This document shows, one piece after another, positions 26,818 to 40,325 of a stretch of 64,000 bases of DNA (positions are counted from its first letter, which is position 1; each line of letters opens with the position of its first letter). The stretch lies in contig OZ024740.1 of the NCBI GenBank assembly GCA_964016885.1, forward strand, positions 106,764,001 through 106,828,000, in the 5' to 3' direction. The translations under genes were made by a program, and so were the position numbers. The notes below the pieces were generated by a model that was not told the origin of the DNA, made no database searches, and worked only from the letters and a program-made list of their open reading frames with translations. Origin of the DNA: Eledone cirrhosa (Eukaryota).

Positions 26818-26960
26818 CTAACAATGCCAAGTGTGTTGTATTGAGCCTAATATAAGTGGGATTCCTCATGTAATGCATCAGATGTTTGGCAAGATATTCT
26901 GGATAAGTTGCAGACAGAGCAAGCATCTGTTTATTTTCAGGTAACACTGAATATATCCAA
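26818..26960 (-). CDS. DDX20: DDX20 coding exon 5
   Basis: [23 protein letters not shown] (motif III SAT); AG/GT borders; 143 nt. Confidence 0.9.
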
Positions 26961-29002
26961 CTAAAAGACAAAAAATGAAAACAAGAAACAAATCACAGAG
27001 TAAGAAAATCAAAATACACGAGATTATCAGAAATAATTTGTGTTGATGTTCCTTTATTATATGCTAACCCATTCAGTTTATTGTTCTTATCTTAGTTGTT
27101 ATAATCACAGCATTATGTCGATTGTACACTCCAACCTTCTTCAGATGTTTGTCAAATGCGTGACCAAATACAGATCTGTGCTGAGGGTGCTGCTGTTCTC
27201 TGCTTCTGAATGCAGGAGGCAATGTCTTATCAAGCAATGAAGTAACTCTATAGGAATTTCGGCCCCTTCCACCATGACACCAGAGCTACTTGGAGCTACC
27301 CACTGATGTAGGCAATGAAACTCCTGCACAACAGTACACAATCTTTGGTGGGTCTGATGTTGGTAATGTTCTCAAAATTTCAAACTAACTCTTTATTCCA
27401 AGAATGAGAATGGATTGTTCTCATTCCATTGTCCATACTCAGGATAACCTCATATTAGTTATTAGTTACTACATTACTTGAATAAAATATTTGGTTCAAA
27501 ATTCTAAGAACATTGCAAAATATGATAAAACGGTCAGTTGAAATCGTCGAAGATACAATGATCAAAACATTGTAACTATAACAACTAAAATAAGGACACT
27601 AGTCAGAGAATAAATCAGTGTAGAAGAAGAATTCCTCTTCTAAGAAATTGGGACAAAATTGTTTTTTCTTCTTTTTTTTCTTTTTTGTTGTTGTTTTTTG
27701 GTTTTTTCTTATTTGACTATTTAAGAAATGTTACTAAAGCCATTGCATTGTGCCCTTGATTAAGATAATTCTGTTGTCATCAGTTTGCTTGGCTAACAAC
27801 AGGTTCCAGTTTTACATTACATTTCAATCAGAGGTTACTAGTCAAATGGCTAATAAGACCATTATTCAAATGGGTACTCAGTTCTTTAATATGGATTATT
27901 CCAGTGAAATTCAACAGGGCTCCTTCCAGGAGGTCTTTAGATTTTCAAATTTTCACCATTCATTGTTATCAATGAAAGAAGTAATTCCTGAAAATATTTG
28001 CTCAATAGCACTTACCAATCATATTTTATAGCGATTTAAATATTTGGGCAATTAATGAAATTTTGAAAATATTGAATTTATTTGATTTTTAGAGACCTAG
28101 TACTCCAAGTGGCTTTTATCACTTGCCTTTGGAACTTGATTTCCTTAATCTCCACCATCTAAAGTCCCTCCATACTAAAAGCCAATTACTTTAAGCTGGC
28201 CATTTTAAAGAAAATAATAACTGAAAATTTGAAAAATTCAGGTCTTGGGGTCTATTTTTGAAAAACTCAAAGAAATTATCCTGGTACTTGTGGCATGCAG
28301 TGATTAAGTACAACGGCCCTTTCTTGAGTGGAATGCTAGTCCATTGCAAGGTTATTCCCCAGCTATTGCCATTGGTACTCATGTTTTTATTAGAGTGAAC
28401 TGGAGTTGCATGAAATTAGTTATCTTGCTCAAGGCTACAATTTGATGCCTGAACTGGGAATCAAACCTTACAATTGTGAAATACATATCCTAATCACTAG
28501 GTTGTGTGTACCTCGTTTAGATGTTTGGTTGTAGCTAAATTTTGGATGCTTTTTTTAAATATATACACACATGTGGGTCATTCCAGTGAAATTCAACAGG
28601 GATCCGTCCCAGTCAGTTGAAATGGTCAAAACATTGTGACTAAAACAGATAAAATAAGGACAAACAAAATAATTTCAGGATAATTTCTGAGTCACTAGAC
28701 TTGAAAAACTTTAATCCTTTCTATACCATATTTCTAATGAAATATACTATCTATGATTTTCAATCCATTTTGAAAATAGTCAAGAATTTTGAGGAATTTA
28801 GTAAAATAACTAATATTTTCAATGTTATGTTGATGTTTGAGACAATACAAAATTTTCATACATAAAATTATGAAGGAAAGTTTAAATTTAAATATAAATA
28901 CTTCAAAACAGATGGTTTTGTATAAGACCAGAGCAGTTCCAGAAGGGTTAAGGAATAAAACAAGCAAAAATCTAAGGTAATAAAAGAAAAATCTAAGCTT
29001 AC

Positions 29003-29114
29003 TTAATGTCAGCTTGGAACTTTTCATCTAATAATTGATCAGCTTCATCAAGGATAAATAATCGAATACTTTTGGTTCTCAGGTAGCTTTTATCAATCAA
29101 GAATTTAATTCTTC
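29003..29114 (-). CDS. DDX20: DDX20 coding exon 4
   Basis: RIKFLIDKSYLRTKSIRLFILDEADQLLDEKFQADI (DEAD motif II); AG/GT borders; 112 nt. Confidence 0.9.
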
Positions 29115-29781
29115 CTAAACGACAATTAAGGATAATGATTTTAAAATTACAGCAAAATCAGATTTACCATATTTCCTCGCCTATTGGATGCTCCTTCATA
29201 TAAGACACCGTCTTGTTTTACAAGGACATTTTGAGAAAAAAAGAATTTTAGTACATTTCTTCATAAATTTATCAAAAATTATTTCATCATTTTTTCAGAA
29301 ACTGTTATAAAGTTCAACATCATTTTACTTATATAAGTTATATTGTATTACTGTATTACTAATACTAATAGTAATACAAACTAAATTTGTTTAATCATGA
29401 TTGTCCTCATCCTCCATTCAGCCTCCCATCTTTGATGTTTTTGGGGGGAAAAAAATTGCATCCAATAGACCAGCAAATACAGTAATTGAAAGCAAAACAA
29501 ATTGAAAGAAAATAAATTGAAAATTCTATATAAATGCAAGCATGTCTGAGTGGTTAAGGAGTACACTTCACAACCAGTTGGCTAATTCACAATTATAATG
29601 ACCATGCTGCCATTGTCACTTCTGCTTACCTTCAGTGTCATTTTAATGTCTCTTATTGATATTCTCTCTCTCTAGTACTATTACAATACTTTACTTCCAC
29701 TCTTCTACTTCTTCCTCTCTCTTTCCTTTTTCTCACACTTTCTACCTCTTCCACTCTATTCAATATTATTTCAATTAATAT

Positions 29782-29945
29782 TGGCGGTGGATTGGCAGTA
29801 TCGGTAGATAAACAGACGCCATGCTTTCCAGCATAGTTACGTCCCTTTACGGCCTGAGTTCAAATCCCACCGAGGGGTCGATAAAATAAAGTACCAGTAA
29901 TGCACTGATAATTGCTGGCCTTGTGCCAAAAGTAGAAACAATTAT
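29782..29945 (+). mobile_element. tRNA-derived SINE, family B
   Basis: ggcggtggattggcagtatcggta...gagttcaaatcccaccgagg...gataaaataaagtaccagt; flanked by repeated aattatttcaatta-like sequence. Confidence 0.65.
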
Positions 29946-30413
29946 TTCAATTAATTAGCTGTTGATCTGTACACTTTGTTTATATATTGATAGCTTCTGT
30001 AACTCAAATTGGACAGTGCTCATATTTGCAAATCTTTCAGTGCTCACATTTACTTCTGATCCGTTTCATTAAACAAAAAAATGCTACTAAAAACCAGCCT
30101 TTTTAAAAACCCTTTCAGGCTTAAATCTACCGTATATACTTGAATATACACCAAGAAATATGAGGCCAAAAAAATTGATGGTAGAAGAGGCTGTTGGCTT
30201 ATATTCATGGTCAATATTTTGATAATTTTCACAGACTTCAAATTATACGTAAATAAGGTTTGGAGTTTTGCCTATTTCTCAGACATAAAATAGTAGGATT
30301 GGCTTATATTTGTATTGACTTTATTTGAGTATATGGCATTTGAAATTTTTCCATTTTATCAATTTGAACAAATTTAGAAATAAATCAGCTTTTAAAAAAT
30401 GAAATCTACAAAC

Positions 30414-30582
30414 CAGGAGTTCCAACTGCTATGTGGCATGACTTTAGGTTATCCTTATCATCTGCCACAGACAAACCACCAATGAAGGTGGCACATTTGA
30501 GGCCAGCTATACAGCTACCAATGCTAGTCATCACCTGCCAGATTTGGAAAGCAATCTCACGTGTTGGAGCCAAAACAAGAAC
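30414..30582 (-). CDS. DDX20: DDX20 coding exon 3
   Basis: [11 protein letters not shown]...FIGG...IAVGTPG (motifs Ia, GG, Ib); AG/GT borders; 169 nt. Confidence 0.9.
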
Positions 30583-31715
30583 CTGTAGATTTGAAGAAAA
30601 TGGAGAAAAATAATTTAAATATGAAGAATATTATTTTGGTGGTGAATTGGTAGAATCATTAGGGCATCAGATTCAAAATGTCTCTGTATTTATTTCAGCT
30701 CACTGCACTCAAAAATTTGACTTTCGTCCTTTCAAGGTCAATAAATAAAGTACCAGTGGGGGCTGATTCTTCCACTATATCTCTCAAATTGTAAGGAATC
30801 AACTATGTTCTGACCTGGAGAAGGATGGACCCTCTCAGGTTTTAAAAAATGTCCAAAACATGCTGTTTGTCAGAATGGCGCCCTTATGACTCCATCAGGT
30901 GTTAGATCTTTCCCTTTACCTAATGATATTATTACCACTTTTTCCAAGTATTTCATTTAAAAGTGTTTCACTAAAACTCTTTCAGCATTGAGCATACAGA
31001 ACTTCTCTCAGTAATTCATTATTCAAAATATACCAATTTTCAGTTCAACTCCCAAGAGAATTTCAACTAAGCACTGCAAATTAATAATTATCAATTATAC
31101 AATGCTGTTAGTGCCTACAGTAGCAAACTATAGTATAAAGTCAATATTGAATCTATATCATCATCTTTACAACTTCATGCTGGCAATGATTAGGTGTGAT
31201 TTTGGGGACTAGTGTTTTATGGACAGATGACCTTCCTAACACCAACCATTCTGGTTGCTTTTGTAGTATGCAAAGATAGAGTGTACATAATCATTATCAT
31301 TTTACATCCATTTTTCCATGTGGCATGGGTTGGATGGATAGTTGCAGATCAAGTCAGGACCTAATCAGAGCTACTGCCCTCGTAGATGGGCTGGGAGAAC
31401 TATGCCTTATATATGCTTCAGTTTTGACATGGTTTCTACAGCTAGATGCCTTTCCTAACACAAACCATTTTACAGAATGTACTGGGTGCATTTTACTGTG
31501 GCACCAGTATTAGGGTGGCTGTCATGTGAAAGACATGATTGAAGAATCCTTTCAACCCTTTGTTTGACATGGTCTCTGTGGCCGGATGCCATTCCTAATG
31601 TCAACCATTTTACAGAATGTACTAGGTGTATTAAAAATGTTTAATTGGGAAAGAAATTTAAAACTAAGTTTGAACAAGAATAGTTTGTAATGTGGTAGAT
31701 ATTTCTGATTTTTAC

Positions 31716-31810
31716 CTGGACAGCTGGACTGTTGATCTGTAGTGATTCTAAGGCAACCACTGTAAACACACATGTTTTGCCTGTGCCGGCCTTGGCTTGG
31801 ATAATTAAAT
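31716..31810 (-). CDS. DDX20: DDX20 coding exon 2
   Basis: [22 protein letters not shown] (Walker A); AG/GT borders; 95 nt. Confidence 0.9.
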
Positions 31811-31879
31811 CTAAGAAAAAGAGAAACAGTTAAACTTATATTTTACATTGAAGAAATATTTGTAAAGAGAAAGCATACT

Positions 31880-32105
31880 ATAACAGAAATCCCACATACA
31901 ACACACAAGCAGGTAATACACATATATTGGACCACATACAACGAAAGGGGTGGGCAAACGAACCGCTACCAGAGCAAAATATAACAATATCGAGAGGAGC
32001 ACTGGGAAACCTCTAATCATTTTTTAGGCAAACCAACACGCTCGCAGCGTTACCTCGGGTGATGCGAGGCTGATGCGCTGAAACAACCACGCGCCTTCCC
32101 GTGTA
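31880..32105 (-). mobile_element. CRE-clade (restriction-like endonuclease) LINE 3' end
   Basis: Minus strand translates REGAWLFQRISL/(frameshift)ITRGNAASVLVCLKND*, resembling the CRE-type C-terminal QRISxAIxRGNA motif; 3' UTR shared with 63420-63695. Confidence 0.7.
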
Positions 32106-32432
32106 CACTAATCCAAGGATTGAACTCACGGTACTAATTATTCCCTTTCCCTACAAACATTTGTCTAATGCAAAGTAATACGTCTCCAACTATAAATAAC
32201 AATGTTAACTACAATTAGAACATTTCAATAGGTGTTTTTTATCTTTACTATAGCTAGTGGTATTTGGGCATTTTCTTTTTCTTTGTTTTGTTCTGGGTTT
32301 TCTTTTTCTTGTGTGCTTTTCTTCACTCTTCGTAAAGCATCGAGGCTAGAAAAATACCATATGAGGTGTAAAATGCAACAAGTACTCTGTGCCAACCATA
32401 TTTAGAGGCAGATTAAATATTTCCTAGCTTAC

Positions 32433-32628
32433 CTAAACCACATCTTCCCAGTGGAATCGACTTCAGTTGAATAGGCGAGGGTCTAATAAAGCCGGAATTC
32501 TGAAGACCTTTCAGGACATTATCTGACAATAACAAACCTTCGAATGTAACATCTTCGGATATTGCTATGTCTGTGGTACGGAATACTGCAGAATCATTCA
32601 CATTATGAGCTACTCTGATAGATAGCAT
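32433..32628 (-). CDS. DDX20: DDX20 coding exon 1
   Basis: ATG at 32628; RTTDI...FEGLLLS..VLKGL...[20 protein letters not shown] (Q motif, DDX20-type GRCG); donor G|gtaagc. Confidence 0.88.
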
Positions 32629-33599
32629 GGCTCTACACGAGGCTAGAAAAATATGTTTGTACACAATATTACAAATCACAAAAAACCGAAATACTAACAA
32701 CGTGCTTATTAAGGGGAGAGCACTGTATTTGTTAAAGCTGGCCGATAGAGCTAGGCTTATTGTTTTCGTATCAATTTGTAACTTTTTTTAATAAAATATA
32801 TTTGGTACATTGTTGATAAATACATCTCTATCTATCGATTAATTGATTGCGTGATAGATTGATTCGCCCCAAATAAGCTCTGATTTAACAGACTTATGAT
32901 CAAAAGCATCCAAGCCTTAACCTGTCATTTAAGACATATTCGTATATTTATTTCGAGCTATTGAGCTGATCGAGCGACCAAATAGAAGTTTTGCTGTTGA
33001 ATCGCAACTGTCAAACTGATTCGAGTAAGGATCAAATGGAAATAATTCTCGTAGGCCTTCTGTTTAAGTAAATATTTTTATTACATTTATATCAGATAGA
33101 AATACATACATACAATCAATTAGTTATTGCTAGGAACCTTACAAATATGATCAGAAAAATATACAACCAAAGCGAAAAAAAAAAAACATCAATTCAACAC
33201 TAAGAGCGTCAATTGGTCGACACCACATGGGTTATGTTAAATGAATCTGATTTAATTAAAATTCTATTTCACTGTAGTTAATAATTATGTATGATTTCTA
33301 CACTTCTAAGGTCGACTTTGCAGTATTACTACTATTTATATGGATAGGAAAGACGCTGTTAATCTCCTCGTGTGTCGTTCATTTCCCTGCTAACCCACAT
33401 ATTTTTATAGAAATGTTGAAAATATGTGGTGAAATGTTGTTCTTGTCCAAAGACATATACATTAGTAAATATATATGATAGAGTGTGTCCGTGAAACACA
33501 CATACACCAGGTCCGAAAACGAAAGAACCAAATTCACACTCCCATTGCTCCCGCTCTCCCTATCTCTCACTATAATTTTTTTTTTTCTGGTGGGAAATT

Positions 33600-33790
33600 T
33601 ATTATACAAAGCATATAAATAAATTTACAGTAGAATAACATAACAAATATGTTTTAAATATATACATAAATAACATTATAAATTGCTCGCGATTCTTTCA
33701 GAAGGATATATTATTTTAATGTTGCAATATTAAAGAAAATATAAAGGAAGGGGTGAACAACCGAGCAAACACCAGAGCAAAAGACAGTAG
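33600..33790 (-). mobile_element. CRE-family 3' UTR fragment
   Basis: Near-identical to about 63420-63603. Confidence 0.7.
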
Positions 33791-34062
33791 GGCACTACAA
33801 CGCTATTAGCTGTCAGTCGAAGCAGCCGATGAAAGCAAAACATCGTTTATTTCCGTATTACTACCACGCGTAAGTGGAGTTACTTAAATGAAATTTTTTT
33901 TTTCACGCGTTTTTTATTTTTTTTTTATTAAAGCATATAGATGTAAGTGGAGTTACTTAAATGAAAATATAGGTGGCCCTTAAAAGGGCCAAATTAGAAT
34001 ATACCGCTGTGTTTTTACAGTTTTACTAGTTACACATACACACACACACATATATATATACA

Positions 34063-34141
34063 CACGGTGTCCCCTCCAAAATATATACACACTTTGATTA
34101 CTTTGCTGTTGAAGTGTGTATACATTTTTTTGGACACTGTG
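34063..34141. mobile_element. Tiny Tc1/mariner-like MITE
   Basis: cacggtgtcc...aaaatatatacacactt is inverted as aagtgtgtatacattttt...ggacactgtg. Confidence 0.55.
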
Positions 34142-34167
34142 TTTGTATATATATATATATATATATA

Positions 34168-34875
<708 letters not shown>

Positions 34876-35696
34876 AACATAAATTATCGAGATTCGCATT
34901 TCGGCCCACGAAATAACGAAAAACAACCTCCGAGATGTGAGGCAAGCGCTCAATGATTCAGATGAACCAGAGCTATAACAATCGTTAAAGGCCAAAATCA
35001 CTGAGACGATGGTTAAACAATCATTCGCATAGCCAAAAAAACGATCAAGTAATTCGGGTATTGAAAATTTACCCGGACCCCTGGAAGGTTGGTAAAATCC
35101 AGTATTTGGGTTTCTGCGGCTCCTAAATCAAGTACCGTCCGCTTACATAAATAATGTCAGGCTTCTGGTAAGATGATTGAACAAGGAAGCCACTTTCTCA
35201 ACAGGTTTTAGTTCAATGTTAATACAAGGACTGACCATTGCTGACTCCACGTGGGGATCGGCAAGGGAGGCAGCCCCTATATCAGGCGAATAAATTCAGT
35301 TGTGTATATTTTTGCAAGAATGCAAAAACATATATATATATATTGGGAGAAGGGAGAAATTTTTGGATGCTATACCTGACATAATAACAAACCAAAATAC
35401 ACCCCTAACATTTGTCGGAATATCAATCACGAGAGTAGATAAATAAATATATAAATACATAAATAAGAAATGATAGAAAAGGAAAAGAAAATCCCTACAT
35501 TATGTAATATTTCCAGTCACCCCTAGATTTTCCCTAAATTTCAAAACCGGGAGGGAAAAGTCCGAGGGTTAAAATCCCAAATGATGGTACCTCAAATACT
35601 AGTGTATCCCTTCGCATTACAGTTTAAAGCAATACATATGATCGCTTTGATGACTCTTTTTCGTTTCTAAGGGTCTCGTTTTTTTCTCTTCTTTCT

Positions 35697-35748
<52 letters not shown>

Positions 35749-35836
35749 TATGTCAAAATCTTTCCCTCTGTCTATCTCTTTCCCTCTCTGTCTATCTTTT
35801 GCCATAAAAACGATAATGATAATCAATTCAATTAAG

Positions 35837-35870
<34 letters not shown>

Positions 35871-35874
<4 letters not shown>

Positions 35875-36612
35875 GATTTTTTATATGGTTAATTATGCTA
35901 ATTGGGAGAGGAAATGGTATATATTTTATCTAATAATTCTAAGGACATGATTTATGATATATTGCTCTGATTATTTAATTTATTAATTCTTCATTAAGCC
36001 ACAACGTGACCGGTTGCCACATATATATCTGTGACTTTATGTATATGTAAACCTTTATATTTAATAATCTCCCGTTGGGTTGAGATGCAATTGGGCGATA
36101 TTGGGCTGCGCTTTCTAGCAACCAGCCTACCCGCCGTAAGCAACTAATCACATTCTTTCTAACTTGACCACTGCCACGTCACGATTCTTAGCCATTTTTT
36201 ACTCTATTTTTGGCGCGATCGCTTTGGAAAAATTAACTGTCCAACTGAGTTTGTCTCCTGATGAGTCTGTTACTCTAGGTTCATCCTTAACAGTAGGATA
36301 TCTAAAAATACGGACGAAACCATGGTAGAGATGTAATTACGGTATGTACACGTTTCTTCTAAGTTTAAATTTACACCTAATTGTGTATGGTTGACGGTAT
36401 ATTTAGTCAGTTTCTACATGTTGTTGAAATGTTGGGTAAATACTCTATTGGGGTCACTGCGAAGAGGCCGCTTTCTGTTATTTATCAAATATTTCTTCAT
36501 AGGAGCCTTTATTCTTATAGCCTGGTCTAATTGATTTTTTATATGGTTAATTATGCTAATTGGGAGAGGAAATGGTATATATTTTATCTAATAATTCTAA
36601 GGACATGACTTA

Positions 36613-36620
<8 letters not shown>
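35871..36620 (+). mobile_element. ORF-less hammerhead-bearing element with 92 bp direct terminal repeats (retrozyme or PLE pseudo-LTR-like)
   Basis: 35871-35962 is repeated at 36529-36620 (period 658); embedded in (TA)n. Confidence 0.7.
36252..36333 (+). ncRNA. Canonical type I hammerhead ribozyme motif
   Basis: ugucuc-CUGAUGA-gucugu...acggac-GAAA-c caug g-UA-gagaug; palindromic stem III ACCAUGGU; GUA triplet ends at 36327. Confidence 0.85.
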
Positions 36621-36674
<54 letters not shown>

Positions 36675-37314
36675 AGTATTATTAGTATTATTATTAAAAT
36701 TAAATACCATTTATTCTGCAGCAGAGAGCTTCATCTTCTCCATCATTCGCTCCTCCAGAATCGTAGTACACGTCGTTATTGTATGTGTGTTTCTGCGTAT
36801 ATAAATATATATGTGGTGTGTATGTGTTTGTGTGTATATGTATATATGTTTGCGATCGCCACTCTCGCCCTTCGTGAGGAGAATGCTGTGTACGTATGTA
36901 TATATATATATATATATATATGAGTGTATGTGTGTGCTTGGAATATTTACCAATGGTTGGTATATCGATGAACCTCTGATAGGCTTATACAGAATTAATG
37001 GATCTCGTATCGGTTCCTTTCGTTCGATCACCAAGAACTACCCACACATTTGAATTTATAATGTAAATGGTTAAATGTTTCACAAACACTTGTACTCCCT
37101 AACTTTAACATACCCCTCCGCCATATACACATACTATGTGGACACTCAGTTTGCTAGAAATAACACCCAATTCTTTCCACCCACCTTAAAAAAAAATATT
37201 AAGAAAGAACACGATGTCCGATAATGTACTTATTAGATACACCTAAAACGACGGGATGGTTGTGGCTGGAATACCGTTGATAATAATGGAATTCTGTGGT
37301 TTAGTCAAGGTTGA

Positions 37315-37630
37315 CTAGTAATGTTCATTTAGCTTGGGTTGGAATTTATCAATAAAATTCTTTTCTTTGATTTTTCTCTTGATTTCACTTGGCTTGTGTA
37401 ATTTGTAGAATGGAAATATTATAAATATTTTCTGACCACATGTTGCTAGATGGTTACTCAGGGGTATCTGACGGACATTTGGGTCTCTGATTTGCTGTCG
37501 GTGCACCCGTGCACGTTCTGATAGTGCATTTCCAGTTTGACCGACATATAGTTCTTCACAATTCGGGCATTTAATGCAGTAAATTAGATTTCTGCTTTTG
37601 CAGTTCATATTTGCATTTGGGAATATTTTT
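37315..37630 (-). mobile_element. PLE GIY-YIG endonuclease fragment (third family)
   Basis: NCKSRNLIYCIKCPNCEELYVGQTG...ER..VH...KE..FIDKFQPKLN. Confidence 0.85.
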
Positions 37631-38169
37631 CAAAATTCTAACCCAAGATAAATGAACAATAATAATTCTTAGGGGTATAAAAACCCTAGAAAATGCTATT
37701 TTCATCATTTCTAAAAATAGCAAAGCAATTGATGCTTTGAATAGGGCCAAATAGAAGTTGTTAGACATGCCCAACCAACCGTGATGCCTAAACCAATCAA
37801 CTTCAGTAATCCAGTGAAACTACACACTGATTGGTCGAAATACAGTTTGCAAAATTTAGCATTCTGTAGCCGCTTTTCACTGTATATAAGGCACAAAATT
37901 TACCCATCTCATTACAGTTGAAAATTGTAAACTTGACTGTCACCACAGAATATGAACCTGAAGATTGCGAAAGCATGAAATTACTTGTTCAATTAACACT
38001 TAACACTTAATATTCTACCATACTATTTCATTCTAATACCATTATAATTTTAAAGGATTGTAAATAAAACGAGTAAATCAGACAAAGTTGGAATTCCTTT
38101 TATTAATATAATCTTCTATATACAATCATACACACCCGTGTATATTTATATATATATATATATATATAT

Positions 38170-38330
38170 TTATTAAAATAACAGATTAAAGTTTAAGCAA
38201 AGAATCGCTGCTTTCACCCTTAACGGGATCTTCTGAAACTAACAAAGTCAATCTGTAAACGCAGAACTGGATATTTAAAAAAACGTTGCAACCGGAGGAA
38301 GACAGGAAGACGATACTTTGGTTCATGGTG
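38170..38330 (-). mobile_element. Dispersed copy of the ~374-nt CAGAAGA-hammerhead repeat family
   Basis: Reverse complement aligns with about 48698-48860, including the hammerhead-like motif (38190-38240). Confidence 0.75.
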
Positions 38331-38699
38331 ACGTTCGCTGGCAAAGAACGGGAAAAAACGAATAATACGTCATTAATAGGAGCGGTGAAAAACAATTACG
38401 CGCAAAGACAGAACCACGTTTATGGTATAAAAGAGGTCGTAGACTAATGTTCTCTTAGGTGGTGCATAGAGACGTTCTCTGGCAATGATCGAAAAAACGA
38501 TATATAGCTTTTAAGCTATTTTGTAGTATCTCTGTTCAGGAACACACCACTTATATTAAATTTATATCCCTGGAGCTTTGTAAAAGTCTGAGAGATTGGC
38601 TACATATATGTTTTATATATATTTTTTTTGTTTAGATGGAAGACAAAACAAAGAAGATGAATACAAAGATGAAGAAGAGAAAGATAAAGATGAAGAACC

Positions 38700-39305
38700 T
38701 CACTGCACCGTACTGTTCAACACCGCACTGCACAACACCACACTGCACCGCACCGCACTGCACCACACCACATCGCAGTGCACCGCACCACATCACACCA
38801 CACTTCACCACACCACATAAAAACATACAACACTACACCACACTACTCCACACCACATAACACCACAACACAACACACCACTCCTCACTACTCCACCCCA
38901 CATAAAAACACACCACAACACACCACTCCTCACTACATCACACCACACTACTCCACACCACATCACACCACAACACACACACCACTCCTCACTACATCAC
39001 ACCACATTAGAACACACCACACTACTCCACTCCACATCACACCACAACATAACACACCACTCCTCAGTACATCATACCACACTACTCCACTCCACATAAA
39101 ACACACCACTCCTCACTACATCACACCACACTACATCACACCACATAAGAACACACCACACTACTCCACACCACATAACACCACAACACAACACACCACT
39201 CCTCACTACAACACACAACAACACAACACCCCACTCCTCACTACAACACAACACACCACTCTTCACTACAACACACCACACTACTCCACACCACATAACA
39301 CCCAA
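38700..39305. repeat. (CACCA)n-type pentamer satellite
   Basis: Directly visible. Confidence 0.9.
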
Positions 39306-39639
39306 ACTTTTTTCCTCATCTTTTTATCATGTGTTATCAACTAATCTGATTTCCAAGATGTTTGTTATTGACTCTCTCTTCATGGAAAACTTAGGTGGAT
39401 GCACCTCTCTCATTTAACCCCAGAGTTTTCTCTAAGATTTTTCGTGTTATCAACGAATATGACCTCCAAACCAGTTGGAAATGATTAGTTGTTCTAGAAA
39501 AAAGGAGGGGTAAAGCAGGTGGAAAAACCATTGTCGTTTTGTAGATATATACCCTAATGATTTTTCTTCGGTCTCCTTTTGAGTGCTATCAACTAATCTG
39601 ACCTTTTAGTTGCTCTGAATCAATTTTTTTTCCTGGGAT

Positions 39640-39975
39640 TTGGAAACTAAAACTAAATTAAACATAAAATTAAATCTAGCCCCAACCCTAAACTCTAAAT
39701 CTAAACCAAACCAAGCTAAATCTAAATATAAACATTACCCCAACCCTTAAACTAAATGCTAAACTATACCCCAACCATAAAACTAAACCCTAAACATTAC
39801 CCCAACCCTAAAACTAGACCCTAAACATTACCCCAACCCTAAAACTAAACCCTAAACTTTACCCCAACCCTAAAACTAGACCCTAAACATTACCCCAACC
39901 CTAAAACTAAACCCTAAACTTTACCCCAACCCTAAAACTAAACCCTAAACATTACCCCAACCCTAAACCTAACCC
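39640..39975. repeat. ~30 bp minisatellite of telomere-like CCCTAA variants
   Basis: (accccaaccctaaaactaaaccctaaacatt)n. Confidence 0.85.
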
Positions 39976-40325
39976 AGGGAAATAAGTTGATTGGATGCAT
40001 CTAGGAGGTCAGATTAATTAATAGCACAGGAAATATACCGAAAATGATTAAGTCCCACAACATGTGAGTGGGTTGTAGATCTGCAAAACTCTTCCCCTCT
40101 CCCTCTCCTCTTTCTCCAAAGCTAGTTGTTTTTGACTGGTTTGGAAGTCATATTCACTGATAACGCATGAAAATAGAATCAAAGAGAAAATTCCGAGTAA
40201 GCAGGGGTTATCCGGGTGAAGGGGGAACCACCTCACCCTGCCGTTTTCCTGGGGGGAAAAAGTCAGTTTCAAGCATCTTGGAGATTGGATTAGTTGATAG
40301 CACATGAAAAACAGGATGAAAAAAT

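Noticed and set aside
31940-32110. snRNA- or 7SK-like gene
   Set aside because: No convincing match; better explained as a CRE LINE C-terminus and 3' UTR.
35230-35305. HDV-like ribozyme (uccacgu loop, ggcgaa)
   Set aside because: P1 and P3 could not be formed in register and J4/2 is too long.
39640-39975. True or interstitial telomere
   Set aside because: Degenerate 30-bp units rather than pure (TTAGGG)n; internal to a compound repeat.
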